DNA of 64,000 bases from Auanema rhodensis (lineage: Eukaryota; Animalia; Nematoda), in NCBI GenBank assembly GCA_964057225.1, contig OZ059900.1:21018001-21082000 (forward strand). The letters are read 5' to 3'. Positions within the stretch are counted from its first letter, which is position 1. Every line of letters begins with the position of its first letter. The position numbers and the translations under genes are program-made. The notes under the pieces are model-generated. The model saw only the letters and a list, made by a program, of their open reading frames with translations, searched no databases and was not told the DNA's origin. Shown here one piece after another: positions 1 through 12,300 of the stretch.

Positions 1-83
1 CAATGAAACCTAGCTCAAAATTGTTCGTACAACGTCTAGTTCCACTTTCACGACAAAAAAACAGGGGTTAGAAAATTAAGGAA

Positions 84-120
84 ATTAGCATATTCTGAGG
101 GCACGCCCCTTATGGCTAAT
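84..120. other. Imperfect inverted repeat (hairpin H1), present in every monomer
   Basis: Sequence attagcata-ttctga-gggc-ac-gccc-ct-tatggctaat. The outer arms attagc(-)ata and tatggctaat pair, as do the inner gggc and gccc. This contains the most GC-rich 10-mer of the unit. Confidence 0.75.
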
Positions 121-852
121 ATTGATTAAATCGATTTTTGTTCATATGAGTCGTCAAATGCAACGAATTTCAGCGTGTTACATACTGAAATGAAGCATTT
201 TACATGCTGAACACTAAAAAAATACAAAAACACAGTATTTCCCATGAGAAATATTTTATTATGCTGGAAAACCAGTTTTTGGAAATTTCGCTGTAAACAA
301 GATTTTGACTTACGATTTCATGTGTTCAAACTCATGCAATGTCAATGAAACCTAGCTCAAAATTGTTCGTACAACGTCTAGTTCCACTTTCACGACAAAA
401 AAACAGGGGTTAGAAAATTAAGGAAATTAGCATATTCTGAGGGCACGCCCCTTATGGCTAATATTGATTAAATCGATTTTTGTTCATATGAGTCGTCAAA
501 TGCAACGAATTTCAGCGTGTTACACACTAAAATGAAGCATTTTACATGCTGAACACTAGAAAAATACAAAAACACAGTATTTCCCATGAGAAATATTTTA
601 TTATGCTGGAAAACCAGTTTTTGGAAATTTCGCTGTAAACAAGGTTTTGACTTACGATTTCATGTGTTCAAACTCATGCAATGTCAATGAAACCTAGCTC
701 AAAATTGTTCCTACAACGTCTAGTTCCACTTTCACGACAAAAAAACAGGGGTTAGAAAATTAAGGAAATTAGCATATTCTGAGGGCACGCCCCTTATGGC
801 TAATATTGATTAAATCGATTTTTGTTCATATGAGTCGTCAAATGCAACGAAT

Positions 853-895
853 TTCAGCGTGTTACATACTAAAATGAAGCATTTTACATGCTGAA
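853..895. other. Imperfect inverted repeat (hairpin H2, monomer 169-211), present in every full monomer
   Basis: Sequence ttcagcgtg-ttacatac-taaaatg-aag-catttta-catgctgaa. The outer stem matches 8/9 (one G.T pair), and the inner stem matches 7/7 around a 3-nt loop. Confidence 0.8.
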
Positions 896-3313
896 CACTA
901 GAAAAATACAAAAACACAGTATTTCCCATGAGAAATATTTTATTATGCTGGAAAACCAGTTTTTGGAAATTTCGCTGTAAACAAGGTTTTGACTTACGAT
1001 TTCATGTGTTCAAACTCATGCAATGTCAATGAAACCTAGCTCAAAATTGTTCCTACAACGTCTAGTTCCACTTTCACGACAAAAAAACAGGGGTTAGAAA
1101 ATTAAGGAAATTAGCATATTCTGAGGGCACGCCCTTTATGGCTAATATTGATTAAATCGATTTTTGTTCATATGAGTCGTCAAATGCAACGAATTTCAGC
1201 GTGTTACATACTAAAATGAAGCATTTTACATGCTGAACACTAGAAAAATACAAAAACACAGTATTTCCCATGAGAAATATTTTATTATGCTGGAAAACCA
1301 GTTTTTGGAAATTTCGCTGTAAACAAGGTTTTGACTTACGATTTCATGTGTTCAAACTCATGCAATGTCAATGAAACCTAGCTCAAAATTGTTCGTACAA
1401 CGTCTAGTTCCACTTTCACGACAAAAAAACAGGGGTTAGAAAATTAAGGAAATTAGCATATTCTGAGGGCACGCCCCTTATGGCTAATATTGATTAAATC
1501 GATTTTTGTTCATATGAGTCGTCAAATGCAACGAATTTCAGCGTGTTACATACTGAAATGAAGCATTTTACATGCTGAACACTAGAAAAATACAAAAACA
1601 CAGTATTTCCCATGAGAAATATTTTATTATGCTGGAAAACCAGTTTTTGGAAATTTCGCTGTAAACAAGATTTTGACTTACGATTTCATGTGTTCAAACT
1701 CATGCAATGTCAATGAAACCTAGCTCAAAATTGTTCGTACAACGTCTAGTTCCACTTTCACGACAAAAAAACAGGGGTTAGAAAATTAAGGAAATTAGCA
1801 TATTCTGAGGGCACGCCCCTTATGGCTAATATTGATTAAATCGATTTTTGTTCATATGAGTCGTCAAATGCAACGAATTTCAGCGTGTTACACACTAAAA
1901 TGAAGCATTTTACATGCTGAACACTAGAAAAATACAAAAACACAGTATTTCCCATGAGAAATATTTTATTATGCTGGAAAACCAGTTTTTGGAAATTTCG
2001 CTGTAAACAAGGTTTTGACTTACGATTTCATGTGTTCAAACTCATGCAATGTCAATGAAACCTAGCTCAAAATTGTTCCTACAACGTCTAGTTCCACTTT
2101 CACGACAAAAAAACAGGGGTTAGAAAATTAAGGAAATTAGCATATTCTGAGGGCACGCCCCTTATGGCTAATATTGATTAAATCGATTTTTGTTCATATG
2201 AGTCGTCAAATGCAACGAATTTCAGCGTGTTACATACTAAAATGAAGCATTTTACATGCTGAACACTAGAAAAATACAAAAACACAGTATTTCCCATGAG
2301 AAATATTTTATTATGCTGGAAAACCAGTTTTTGGAAATTTCGCTGTAAACAAGGTTTTGACTTACGATTTCATGTGTTCAAACTCATGCAATGTCAATGA
2401 AACCTAGCTCAAAATTGTTCCTACAACGTCTAATTCCACTTTCACGACAAAAAAACCGGGGTTAGAAAATTAAGGAAATTAGCATATTCTGAGGGCACGC
2501 CCCTTATGGCTAATATTGATTAAATCGATTTTTGTTCATATGAGTCGTCAAATGCAACGAATTTCAGCGTGTTACATACTAAAATGAAGCATTTCACATG
2601 CTGAACACTAGAAAAATACAAAAACACAGTATTTCCCATGAGAAATATTTTATTATGCTGGAAAACCAGTTTTTGGAAATTTCGCTGTAAACAAGGTTTT
2701 GACTTACGATTTCATGTGTTCAAACTCATGCAATGTCAATGAAACCTAGCTCAAAATTGTTCCTACAACGTCTAGTTCCACTTTCACGACAAAAAAACAG
2801 GGGTTAGAAAATTAAGGAAATTAGCATATTCTGAGGGCACGCCCCTTATGGCTAATATTGATTAAATCGATTTTTGTTCATATGAGTAGTCAAATGCAAC
2901 GAATTTCAGCGTGTTACATACTAAAATGAAGCATTTTACATGCTGAACACTAGAAAAATACAAAAACACAGTATTTCCCATGAGAAATATTTTATTATGC
3001 TGGAAAACCAGTTTTTGGAAATTTCGCTGTAAACAAGGTTTTGACTTACGATTTCATGTGTTCAAACTCATGCAATGTCAATGAAACCTAGCTCAAAATT
3101 GTTCCTACAACGTCTAGTTCCACTTTCACGACAAAAAAACCGGGGTTAGAAAATTAAGGAAATTAGCATATTCTGAGGGCACGCCCCTTATGGCTAATAT
3201 TGATTAAATCGATTTTTGTTCATATGAGTCGTCAAATGCAACGAATTTCAGCGTGTTACATACTAAAATGAAGCATTTTACATGCTGAACACTAGAAAAA
3301 TACAAAAACACAG

Positions 3314-3331
3314 TATTTCTCATGAGAAATA
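3314..3331. other. 18-bp perfect palindrome allele (monomer 236-253)
   Basis: tatttctcatgagaaata is its own reverse complement. The majority allele tatttcccatgagaaata has one mismatch. Confidence 0.9.
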
Positions 3332-6300
3332 TTTTATTATGCTGGAAAACCAGTTTTTGGAAATTTCGCTGTAAACAAGGTTTTGACTTACGATTTCATG
3401 TGTTCAAACTCATGCAATGTCAATGAAACCTAGCTCAAAATTGTTCCTACAACGTCTAGTTCCACTTTCACGACAAAAAAACCGGGGTTAGAAAATTAAG
3501 GAAATTAGCATATTCTGAGGGCACGCCCCTTATGGCTAATATTGATTAAATCGATTTTTGTTCATATGAGTAGTCAAATGCAACGAATTTCAGCGTGTTA
3601 CATACTAAAATGAAGCATTTTACATGCTGAACACTAGAAAAATACAAAAACACAGTATTTCCCATGAGAAATATTTTATTATGCTGGAAAACCAGTTTTT
3701 GGAAATTTCGCTGTAAACAAGGTTTTGACTTACGATTTCATGTGTTCAAACTCATGCAATGTCAATGAAACCTAGCTCAAAATTGTTCCTACAACGTCTA
3801 ATTCCACTTTCACGACAAAAAAACCGGGGTTAGAAAATTAAGGAAATTAGCATATTCTGAGGGCACGCCCCTTATGGCTAATATTGATTAAATCGATTTT
3901 TGTTCATATGAGTCGTCAAATGCAACGAATTTCAGCGTGTTACATACTAAAATGAAGCATTTTACATGCTGAACACTAGAAAAATACAAAAACACAGTAT
4001 TTCTCATGAGAAATATTTTATTATGCTGGAAAACCAGTTTTTGGAAATTTCGCTGTAAACAAGGTTTTGACTTACGATTTCATGTGTTCAAACTCATGCA
4101 ATGTCAATGAAACCTAGCTCAAAATTGTTTGTACAACGTCTAGTTCCACTTTCACGACAAAAAAACAGGGGTTAGAAAATTAAGGAAATTAGCATATTCT
4201 GAGGGCACGCCCCTTATGGCTAATATTGATTAAATCGATTTTTGTTCATATGAGTCGTCAAATGCAACGAATTTCAGCGTGTTACATACTAAAATGAAGC
4301 ATTCCACATGCTGAACACTAGAAAAATACAAAAACACAGTATTTCCCATGAGAAATATTTTATTATGCTGGAAAACCAGTTTTTGGAAATTTCGCTGTAA
4401 ACAAGGTTTTGACTTACGATTTCATGTGTTCAAACTCATGCAATGTCAATGAAACCTAGCTCAAAATTGTTCCTACAACGTCTAGTTCCACTTTCACGAC
4501 AAAAAAACCGGGGTTAGAAAATTAAGGAAATTAGCATATTCTGAGGGCACGCCCCTTATGGCTAATATTGATTAAATCGATTTTTGTTCATATGAGTAGT
4601 CAAATGCAACGAATTTCAGCGTGTTACATACTAAAATGAAGCATTTTACATGCTGAACACTAGAAAAATACAAAAACACAGTATTTCCCATGAGAAATAT
4701 TTTATTATGCTGGAAAACCAGTTTTTGGAAATTTCGCTGTAAACAAGGTTTTGACTTACGATTTCATGTGTTCAAACTCATGCAATGTCAATGAAACCTA
4801 GCTCAAAATTGTTCCTACAACGTCTAATTCCACTTTCACGACAAAAAAACCGGGGTTAGAAAATTAAGGAAATTAGCATATTCTGAGGGCACGCCCCTTA
4901 TGGCTAATATTGATTAAATCGATTTTTGTTCATATGAGTCGTCAAATGCAACGAATTTCAGCGTGTTACATACTAAAATGAAGCATTTTACATGCTGAAC
5001 ACTAGAAAAATACAAAAACACAGTATTTCCCATGAGAAATATTTTATTATGCTGGAAAACCAGTTTTTGGAAATTTCGCTGTAAACAAGGTTTTGACTTA
5101 CGATTTCATGTGTTCAAACTCATGCAATGTCAATGAAACCTAGCTCAAAATTGTTCCTACAACGTCTAGTTCCACTTTCACGACAAAAAAACAGGGGTTA
5201 GAAAATTAATGAAATTAGCATATTCTGAGGGCACGCCCCTTATGGCTAATATTGATTAAATCGATTTTTGTTCATATGAGTCGTCAAATGCAACGAATTT
5301 CATCGTGTTACATACTAAAATGAAGCATTTTACATGCTGAACACTAGAAAAATACAAAAACACAGTATTTCTCATGAGAAATATTTTATTATGCTGGAAA
5401 ACCAGTTTTTGGAAATTTCGCTGTAAACAAGGTTTTGACTTACGATTTCATGTGTTCAAACTCATGCAATGTCAATGAAACCTAGCTCAAAATTGTTCCT
5501 ACAACGTCTGTTTCCACTTTCACGACAAAAAAACAGGGGTTAGAAAATTAAGGAAATTAGCATATTCTGAGGGCACGCCCCTTATGGCTAATATTGATTA
5601 AATCGATTTTTGTTCATATGAGTCGTCAAATGCAACGAATTTCAGCGTGTTACATACTAAAATGAAGCATTTCACATGCTGAACACTAGAAAAATACAAA
5701 AACACAGTATTTCCCATGAGAAATATTTTATTATGCTGGAAAACCAGTTTTTGGAAATTTCGCTGTAAACAAGGTTTTGACTTACGATTTCATGTGTTCA
5801 AACTCATGCAATGTCAATGAAACCTAGCTCAAAATTGTTTCTACAACGTCTAGTTCCACTTTCACGACAAAAAAACAGGGGTTAGAAAATTAAGGAAATT
5901 AGCATATTCTGAGGGCACGCCCCTTATGGCTAATATTGATTAAATCGATTTTTGTTCATATGAGTCGTCAAATGCAACGAATTTCATCGTGTTACATACT
6001 AAAATGAAGCATTTTACATGCTGAACACTAGAAAAATACAAAAACACAGTATTTCTCATGAGAAATATTTTATTATGCTGGAAAACCAGTTTTTGGAAAT
6101 TTCGCTGTAAACAAGGTTTTGACTTACGATTTCATGTGTTCAAACTCATGCAATGTCAATGAAACCTAGCTCAAAATTGTTTGTACAACGTCTAGTTCCA
6201 CTTTCACGACAAAAAAACAGGGGTTAGAAAATTAAGGAAATTAGCATATTCTGAGGGCACGCCCCTTATGGCTAATATTGATTAAATCGATTTTTGTTCA

Positions 6301-9300
6301 TATGAGTAGTCAAATGCAACGAATTTCAGCGTGTTACATACTAAAATGAAGCATTTTACATGCTGAACACTAGAAAAATACAAAAACACAGTATTTCTCA
6401 TGAGAAATATTTTATTATGCTGGAAAACCAGTTTTTGGAAATTTCGCTGTAAACAAGGTTTTGACTTACGATTTCATGTGTTCAAACTCATGCAATGTCA
6501 ATGAAACCTAGCTCAAAATTGTTTGTACAACGTCTAGTTCCACTTTCACGACAAAAAAACAGGGGTTAGAAAATTAAGGAAATTAGCATATTCTGAGGGC
6601 ACGCCCCTTATGGCTAATATTGATTAAATCGATTTTTGTTCATATGAGTCGTCAAATGCAACGAATTTCAGCGTGTTACATACTAAAATGAAGCATTTTA
6701 CATGCTGAACACTAGAAAAATACAAAAACACAGTATTTCTCATGAGAAATATTTTATTATGCTGGAAAACCAGTTTTTGGAAATTTCGCTGTAAACAAGG
6801 TTTTGACTTACGATTTCATGTGTTCAAACTCATGCAATGTCAATGAAACCTAGCTCAAAATTGTTCCTACAACGTCTGTTTCCACTTTCACGACAAAAAA
6901 ACAGGGGTTAGAAAATTAAGGAAATTAGCATATTCTGAGGGCACGCCCCTTATGGCTAATATTGATTAAATCGATTTTTGTTCATATGAGTCGTCAAATG
7001 CAACGAATTTCAGCGTGTTACATACTAAAATGAAGCATTTCACATGCTGAACACTAGAAAAATACAAAAACACAGTATTTCCCATGAGAAATATTTTATT
7101 ATGCTGGAAAACCAGTTTTTGGAAATTTCGCTGTAAACAAGGTTTTGACTTACGATTTCATGTGTTCAAACTCATGCAATGTCAATGAAACCTAGCTCAA
7201 AATTGTTCCTACAACGTCTAGTTCCACTTTCACGACAAAAAAACAGGGGTTAGAAAATTAAGGAAATTAGCATATTCTGAGGGCACGCCCCTTATGGCTA
7301 ATATTGATTAAATCGATTTTTGTTCATATGAGTCGTCAAATGCAACGAATTTCAGCGTGTTACATACTAAAATGGAGCATTTTACATGCTGAACACTAGA
7401 AAAATACAAAAACACAGTATTTCCCATGAGAAATATTTTATTATGCTGGAAAACCAGTTTTTGGAAATTTCGCTGTAAACAAGGTTTTGACTTACGATTT
7501 CATGTGTTCAAACTCATGCAATGTCAATGAAACCTAGCTCAAAATTGTTCCTACAACGTCTAGTTCCACTTTCACGACAAAAAAACAGGGGTTAGAAAAT
7601 TAATGAAATTAGCATATTCTGAGGGCACGCCCCTTATGGCTAATATTGATTAAATCGATTTTTGTTCATATGAGTCGTCAAATGCAACGAATTTCATCGT
7701 GTTACATACTAAAATGAAGCATTTTACATGCTGAACACTAGAAAAATACAAAAACACAGTATTTCTCATGAGAAATATTTTATTATGCTGGAAAACCAGT
7801 TTTTGGAAATTTCGCTGTAAACAAGGTTTTGACTTACGATTTCATGTGTTCAAACTCATGCAATGTCAATGAAACCTAGCTCAAAATTGTTCCTACAACG
7901 TCTAGTTCCACTTTCACGACAAAAAAACAGGGGTTAGAAAATTAAGGAAATTAGCATATTCTGAGGGCACGCCCCTTATGGCTAATATTGATTAAATCGA
8001 TTTTTGTTCATATGAGTAGTCAAATGCAACGAATTTCAGCGTGTTACATACTAAAATGAAGCATTTTACATGCTGAACACTAGAAAAATACAAAAACACA
8101 GTATTTCCCATGAGAAATATTTTATTATGCTGGAAAACCAGTTTTTGGAAATTTCGCTGTAAACAAGGTTTTGACTTACGATTTCATGTGTTCAAACTCA
8201 TGCAATGTCAATGAAACCTAGCTCAAAATTGTTCCTACAACGTCTAATTCCACTTTCACGACAAAAAACCGGGGTTAGAAAATTAAGGAAATTAGCATAT
8301 TCTGAGGGCACGCCCCTTATGGCTAATATTGATTAAATCGATTTTTGTTCATATGAGTCGTCAAATGCAACGAATTTCAGCGTGTTACATACTAAAATGA
8401 AGCATTTTACATGCTGAACACTATAAAAATACAAAAACACAGTATTTCCCATGAGAAATATTTTATTATGCTGGAAAACCAGTTTTTGGAAATTTCGCTG
8501 TAAACAAGGTTTTGACTTACGATTTCATGTGTTCAAACTCATGCAATGTCAATGAAACCTAGCTCAAAATTGTTCCTACAACGTCTAGTTCCACTTTCAC
8601 GACAAAAAAACAGGGGTTAGAAAATTAAGGAAATTAGCATATTCTGAGGGCACGCCCCTTATGGCTAATATTGATTAAATCGATTTTTGTTCATATGAGT
8701 CGTCAAATGCAACGAATTTCAGCGTGTTACATACTAAAATGAAACATTTTACATGCTGAACACTAGAAAAATACAAAAACACAGTATTTCCCATGAGAAA
8801 TATTTTATTATGCTGGAAAACCAGTTTTTGGAAATTTCGCTGTAAACAAGGTTTTGACTTACGATTTCATGTGTTCAAACTCATGCAATGTCAATGAAAC
8901 CTAGCTCAAAATTGTTCCTACAACGTCTAATTCCACTTTCACGACAAAAAAACCGGGGTTAGAAAATTAAGGAAATTAGCATATTCTGAGGGCACGCCCC
9001 TTATGGCTAATATTGATTAAATCGATTTTTGTTCATATGAGTCGTCAAATGCAACGAATTTCAGCGTGTTACATACTAAAATGAAGCATTTCACATGCTG
9101 AACACTAGAAAAATACAAAAACACAGTATTTCCCATGAGAAATATTTTATTATGCTGGAAAACCAGTTTTTGGAAATTTCGCTGTAAACAAGGTTTTGAC
9201 TTACGATTTCATGTGTTCAAACTCATGCAATGTCAATGAAACCTAGCTCAAAATTGTTCCTACAACGTCTAGTTCCACTTTCACGACAAAAAAACAGGGG

Positions 9301-12300
9301 TTAGAAAATTAAGGAAATTAGCATATTCTGAGGGCACGCCCCTTATGGCTAATATTGATTAAATCGATTTTTGTTCATATGAGTAGTCAAATGCAACGAA
9401 TTTCAGCGTGTTACATACTAAAATGAAGCATTTCACATGCTGAACACTAGAAAAATACAAAAACACAGTATTTCCCATGAGAAATATTTTATTATGCTGG
9501 AAAACCAGTTTTTGGAAATTTCGCTGTAAACAAGGTTTTGACTTACGATTTCATGTGTTCAAACTCATGCAATGTCAATGAAACCTAGCTCAAAATTGTT
9601 CCTACAACGTCTAGTTCCACTTTCACGACAAAAAAACAGGGGTTAGAAAATTAAGGAAATTAGCATATTCTGAGGGCACGCCCCTTATGGCTAATATTGA
9701 TTAAATCGATTTTTGTTCATATGAGTCGTCAAATGCAACGAATTTCAGCGTGTTACATACTAAAATGAAGCATTTTACATGCTGAACACTAGAAAAATAC
9801 AAAAACACAGTATTTCTCATGAGAAATATTTTATTATGCTGGAAAACCAGTTTTTGGAAATTTCGCTGTAAACAAGGTTTTGACTTACGATTTCATGTGT
9901 TCAAAGTCATGCAATGTCAATGAAACCTAGCTCAAAATTGTTTGTACAACGTCTAGTTCCACTTTCACGACAAAAAAACAGGGGTTAGAAAATTAAGGAA
10001 ATTAGCATATTCTGAGGGCACGCCCCTTATGGCTAATATTGATTAAATCGATTTTTGTTCATATGAGTAGTCAAATGCAACGAATTTCAGCGTGTTACAT
10101 ACTAAAATGAAGCATTTTACATGCTGAACACTAGAAAAATACAAAAACACAGTATTTCCCATGAGAAATATTTTATTATGCTGGAAAACCAGTTTTTGGA
10201 AATTTCGCTGTAAACAAGGTTTTGACTTACGATTTCATGTGTTCAAACTCATGCAATGTCAATGAAACCTAGCTCAAAATTGTTCCTACAACGTCTAATT
10301 CCACTTTCACGACAAAAAAACCGGGGTTAGAAAATTAAGGAAATTAGCATATTCTGAGGGCACGCCCCTTATGGCTAATATTGATTAAATCGATTTTTGT
10401 TCATATGAGTCGTCAAATGCAACGAATTTCAGCGTGTTACATACTAAAATGAAGCATTTCACATGCTGAACACTAGAAAAATACAAAAACACAGTATTTC
10501 CCATGAGAAATATTTTATTATGCTGGAAAACCAGTTTTTGGAAATTTCGCTGTAAACAAGGTTTTGACTTACGATTTCATGTGTTCAAACTCATGCAATG
10601 TCAATGAAACCTAGCTCAAAATTGTTCCTACAACGTCTAGTTCCACTTTCACGACAAAAAAACAGGGGTTAGAAAATTAAGGAAATTAGCATATTCTGAG
10701 GGCACGCCCCTTATGGCTAATATTGATTAAATCGATTTTTGTTCATATGAGTAGTCAAATGCAACGAATTTCAGCGTGTTACATACTAAAATGAAGCATT
10801 TTACATGCTGAACACTAGAAAAATACAAAAACACAGTATTTCCCATGAGAAATATTTTATTATGCTGGAAAACCAGTTTTTGGAAATTTCGCTGTAAACA
10901 AGGTTTTGACTTACGATTTCATGTGTTCAAACTCATGCAATGTCAATGAAACCTAGCTCAAAATTGTTCCTACAACGTCTAGTTCCACTTTCACGACAAA
11001 AAAACAGTGGTTAGAAAATTAAGGAAATTAGCATATTCTGAGGGCACGCCCTTTATGGCTTATATTGATTAAATCGATTTTTGTTCATATGAGTCGTCAA
11101 ATGCAACGAATTTCAGCGTGTTACATACTAAAATGAAGCATTTCACATGCTGAACACTAGAAAAATACAAAAACACAGTATTTCCCATGAGAAATATTTT
11201 ATTATGCTGGAAAACCAGTTTTTGGAAATTTCGCTGTAAACAAGGTTTTGACTTACGATTTCATGTGTTCAAACTCATGCAATGTCAATGAAACCTAGCT
11301 CAAAATTGTTCCTACAACGTCTAGTTCCACTTTCACGACAAAAAAACAGGGGTTAGAAAATTAAGGAAATTAGCATATTCTGAGGGCACGCCCCTTATGG
11401 CTAATATTGATTAAATCGATTTTTGTTCATATGAGTCGTCAAATGCAACGAATTTCAGCGTGTTACATACTAAAATGAAGCATTTTACATGCTGAACACT
11501 AGAAAAATACAAAAACACAGTATTTCCCATGAGAAATATTTTATTATGCTGGAAAACCAGTTTTTGGAAATTTCGCTGTAAACAAGGTTTTGACTTACGA
11601 TTTCATGTGTTCAAACTCATGCAATGTCAATGAAACCTAGCTCAAAATTGTTCCTACAACGTCTAATTCCACTTTCACGACAAAAAAACAGGGGTTAGAA
11701 AATTAAGGAAATTAGCATATTCTGAGGGCACGCCCCTTATGGCTAATATTGATTAAATCGATTTTTGTTCATATGAGTCGTCAAATGCAACGAATTTCAG
11801 CGTGTTACATACTAAAATGAAGCATTTTACATGCTGAACACTAGAAAAATACAAAAACACAGTATTTCCCATGAGAAATATTTTATTATGCTGGAAAACC
11901 AGTTTTTGGAAATTTCGCTGTAAACAAGGTTTTGACTTACGATTTCATGTGTTCAAACTCATGCAATGTCAATGAAACCTAGCTCAAAATTGTTCCTACA
12001 ACGTCTAGTTCCACTTTCACGACAAAAAAACAGGGGTTAGAAAATTAAGGAAATTAGCATATTCTGAGGGCACGCCCCTTATGGCTAATATTGATTAAAT
12101 CGATTTTTGTTCATATGAGTCGTCAAATGCAACGAATTTCAGCGTGTTACATACTAAAATGAAACATTTTACATGCTGAACACTAGAAAAATACAAAAAC
12201 ACAGTATTTCCCATGAGAAATATTTTATTATGCTGGAAAACCAGTTTTTGGAAATTTCGCTGTAAACAAGGTTTTGACTTACGATTTCATGTGTTCAAAC

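Noticed and set aside
55-61. A6/A7/A8 tract length variants as functional signal
   Set aside because: This is ordinary homopolymer slippage. Some variants are real, since they are copied within duplications, but others could be sequencing error.
63-71. Telomere-like aggggttag
   Set aside because: It is a single degenerate unit per monomer with no tandem TTAGGG or TTAGG tract.
152-168. CENP-B box-like motif on the minus strand (attcgttgcatttgacg)
   Set aside because: It matches TTCGTTG and the central A but lacks the essential CGGG of nTTCGnnnnAnnCGGGn.
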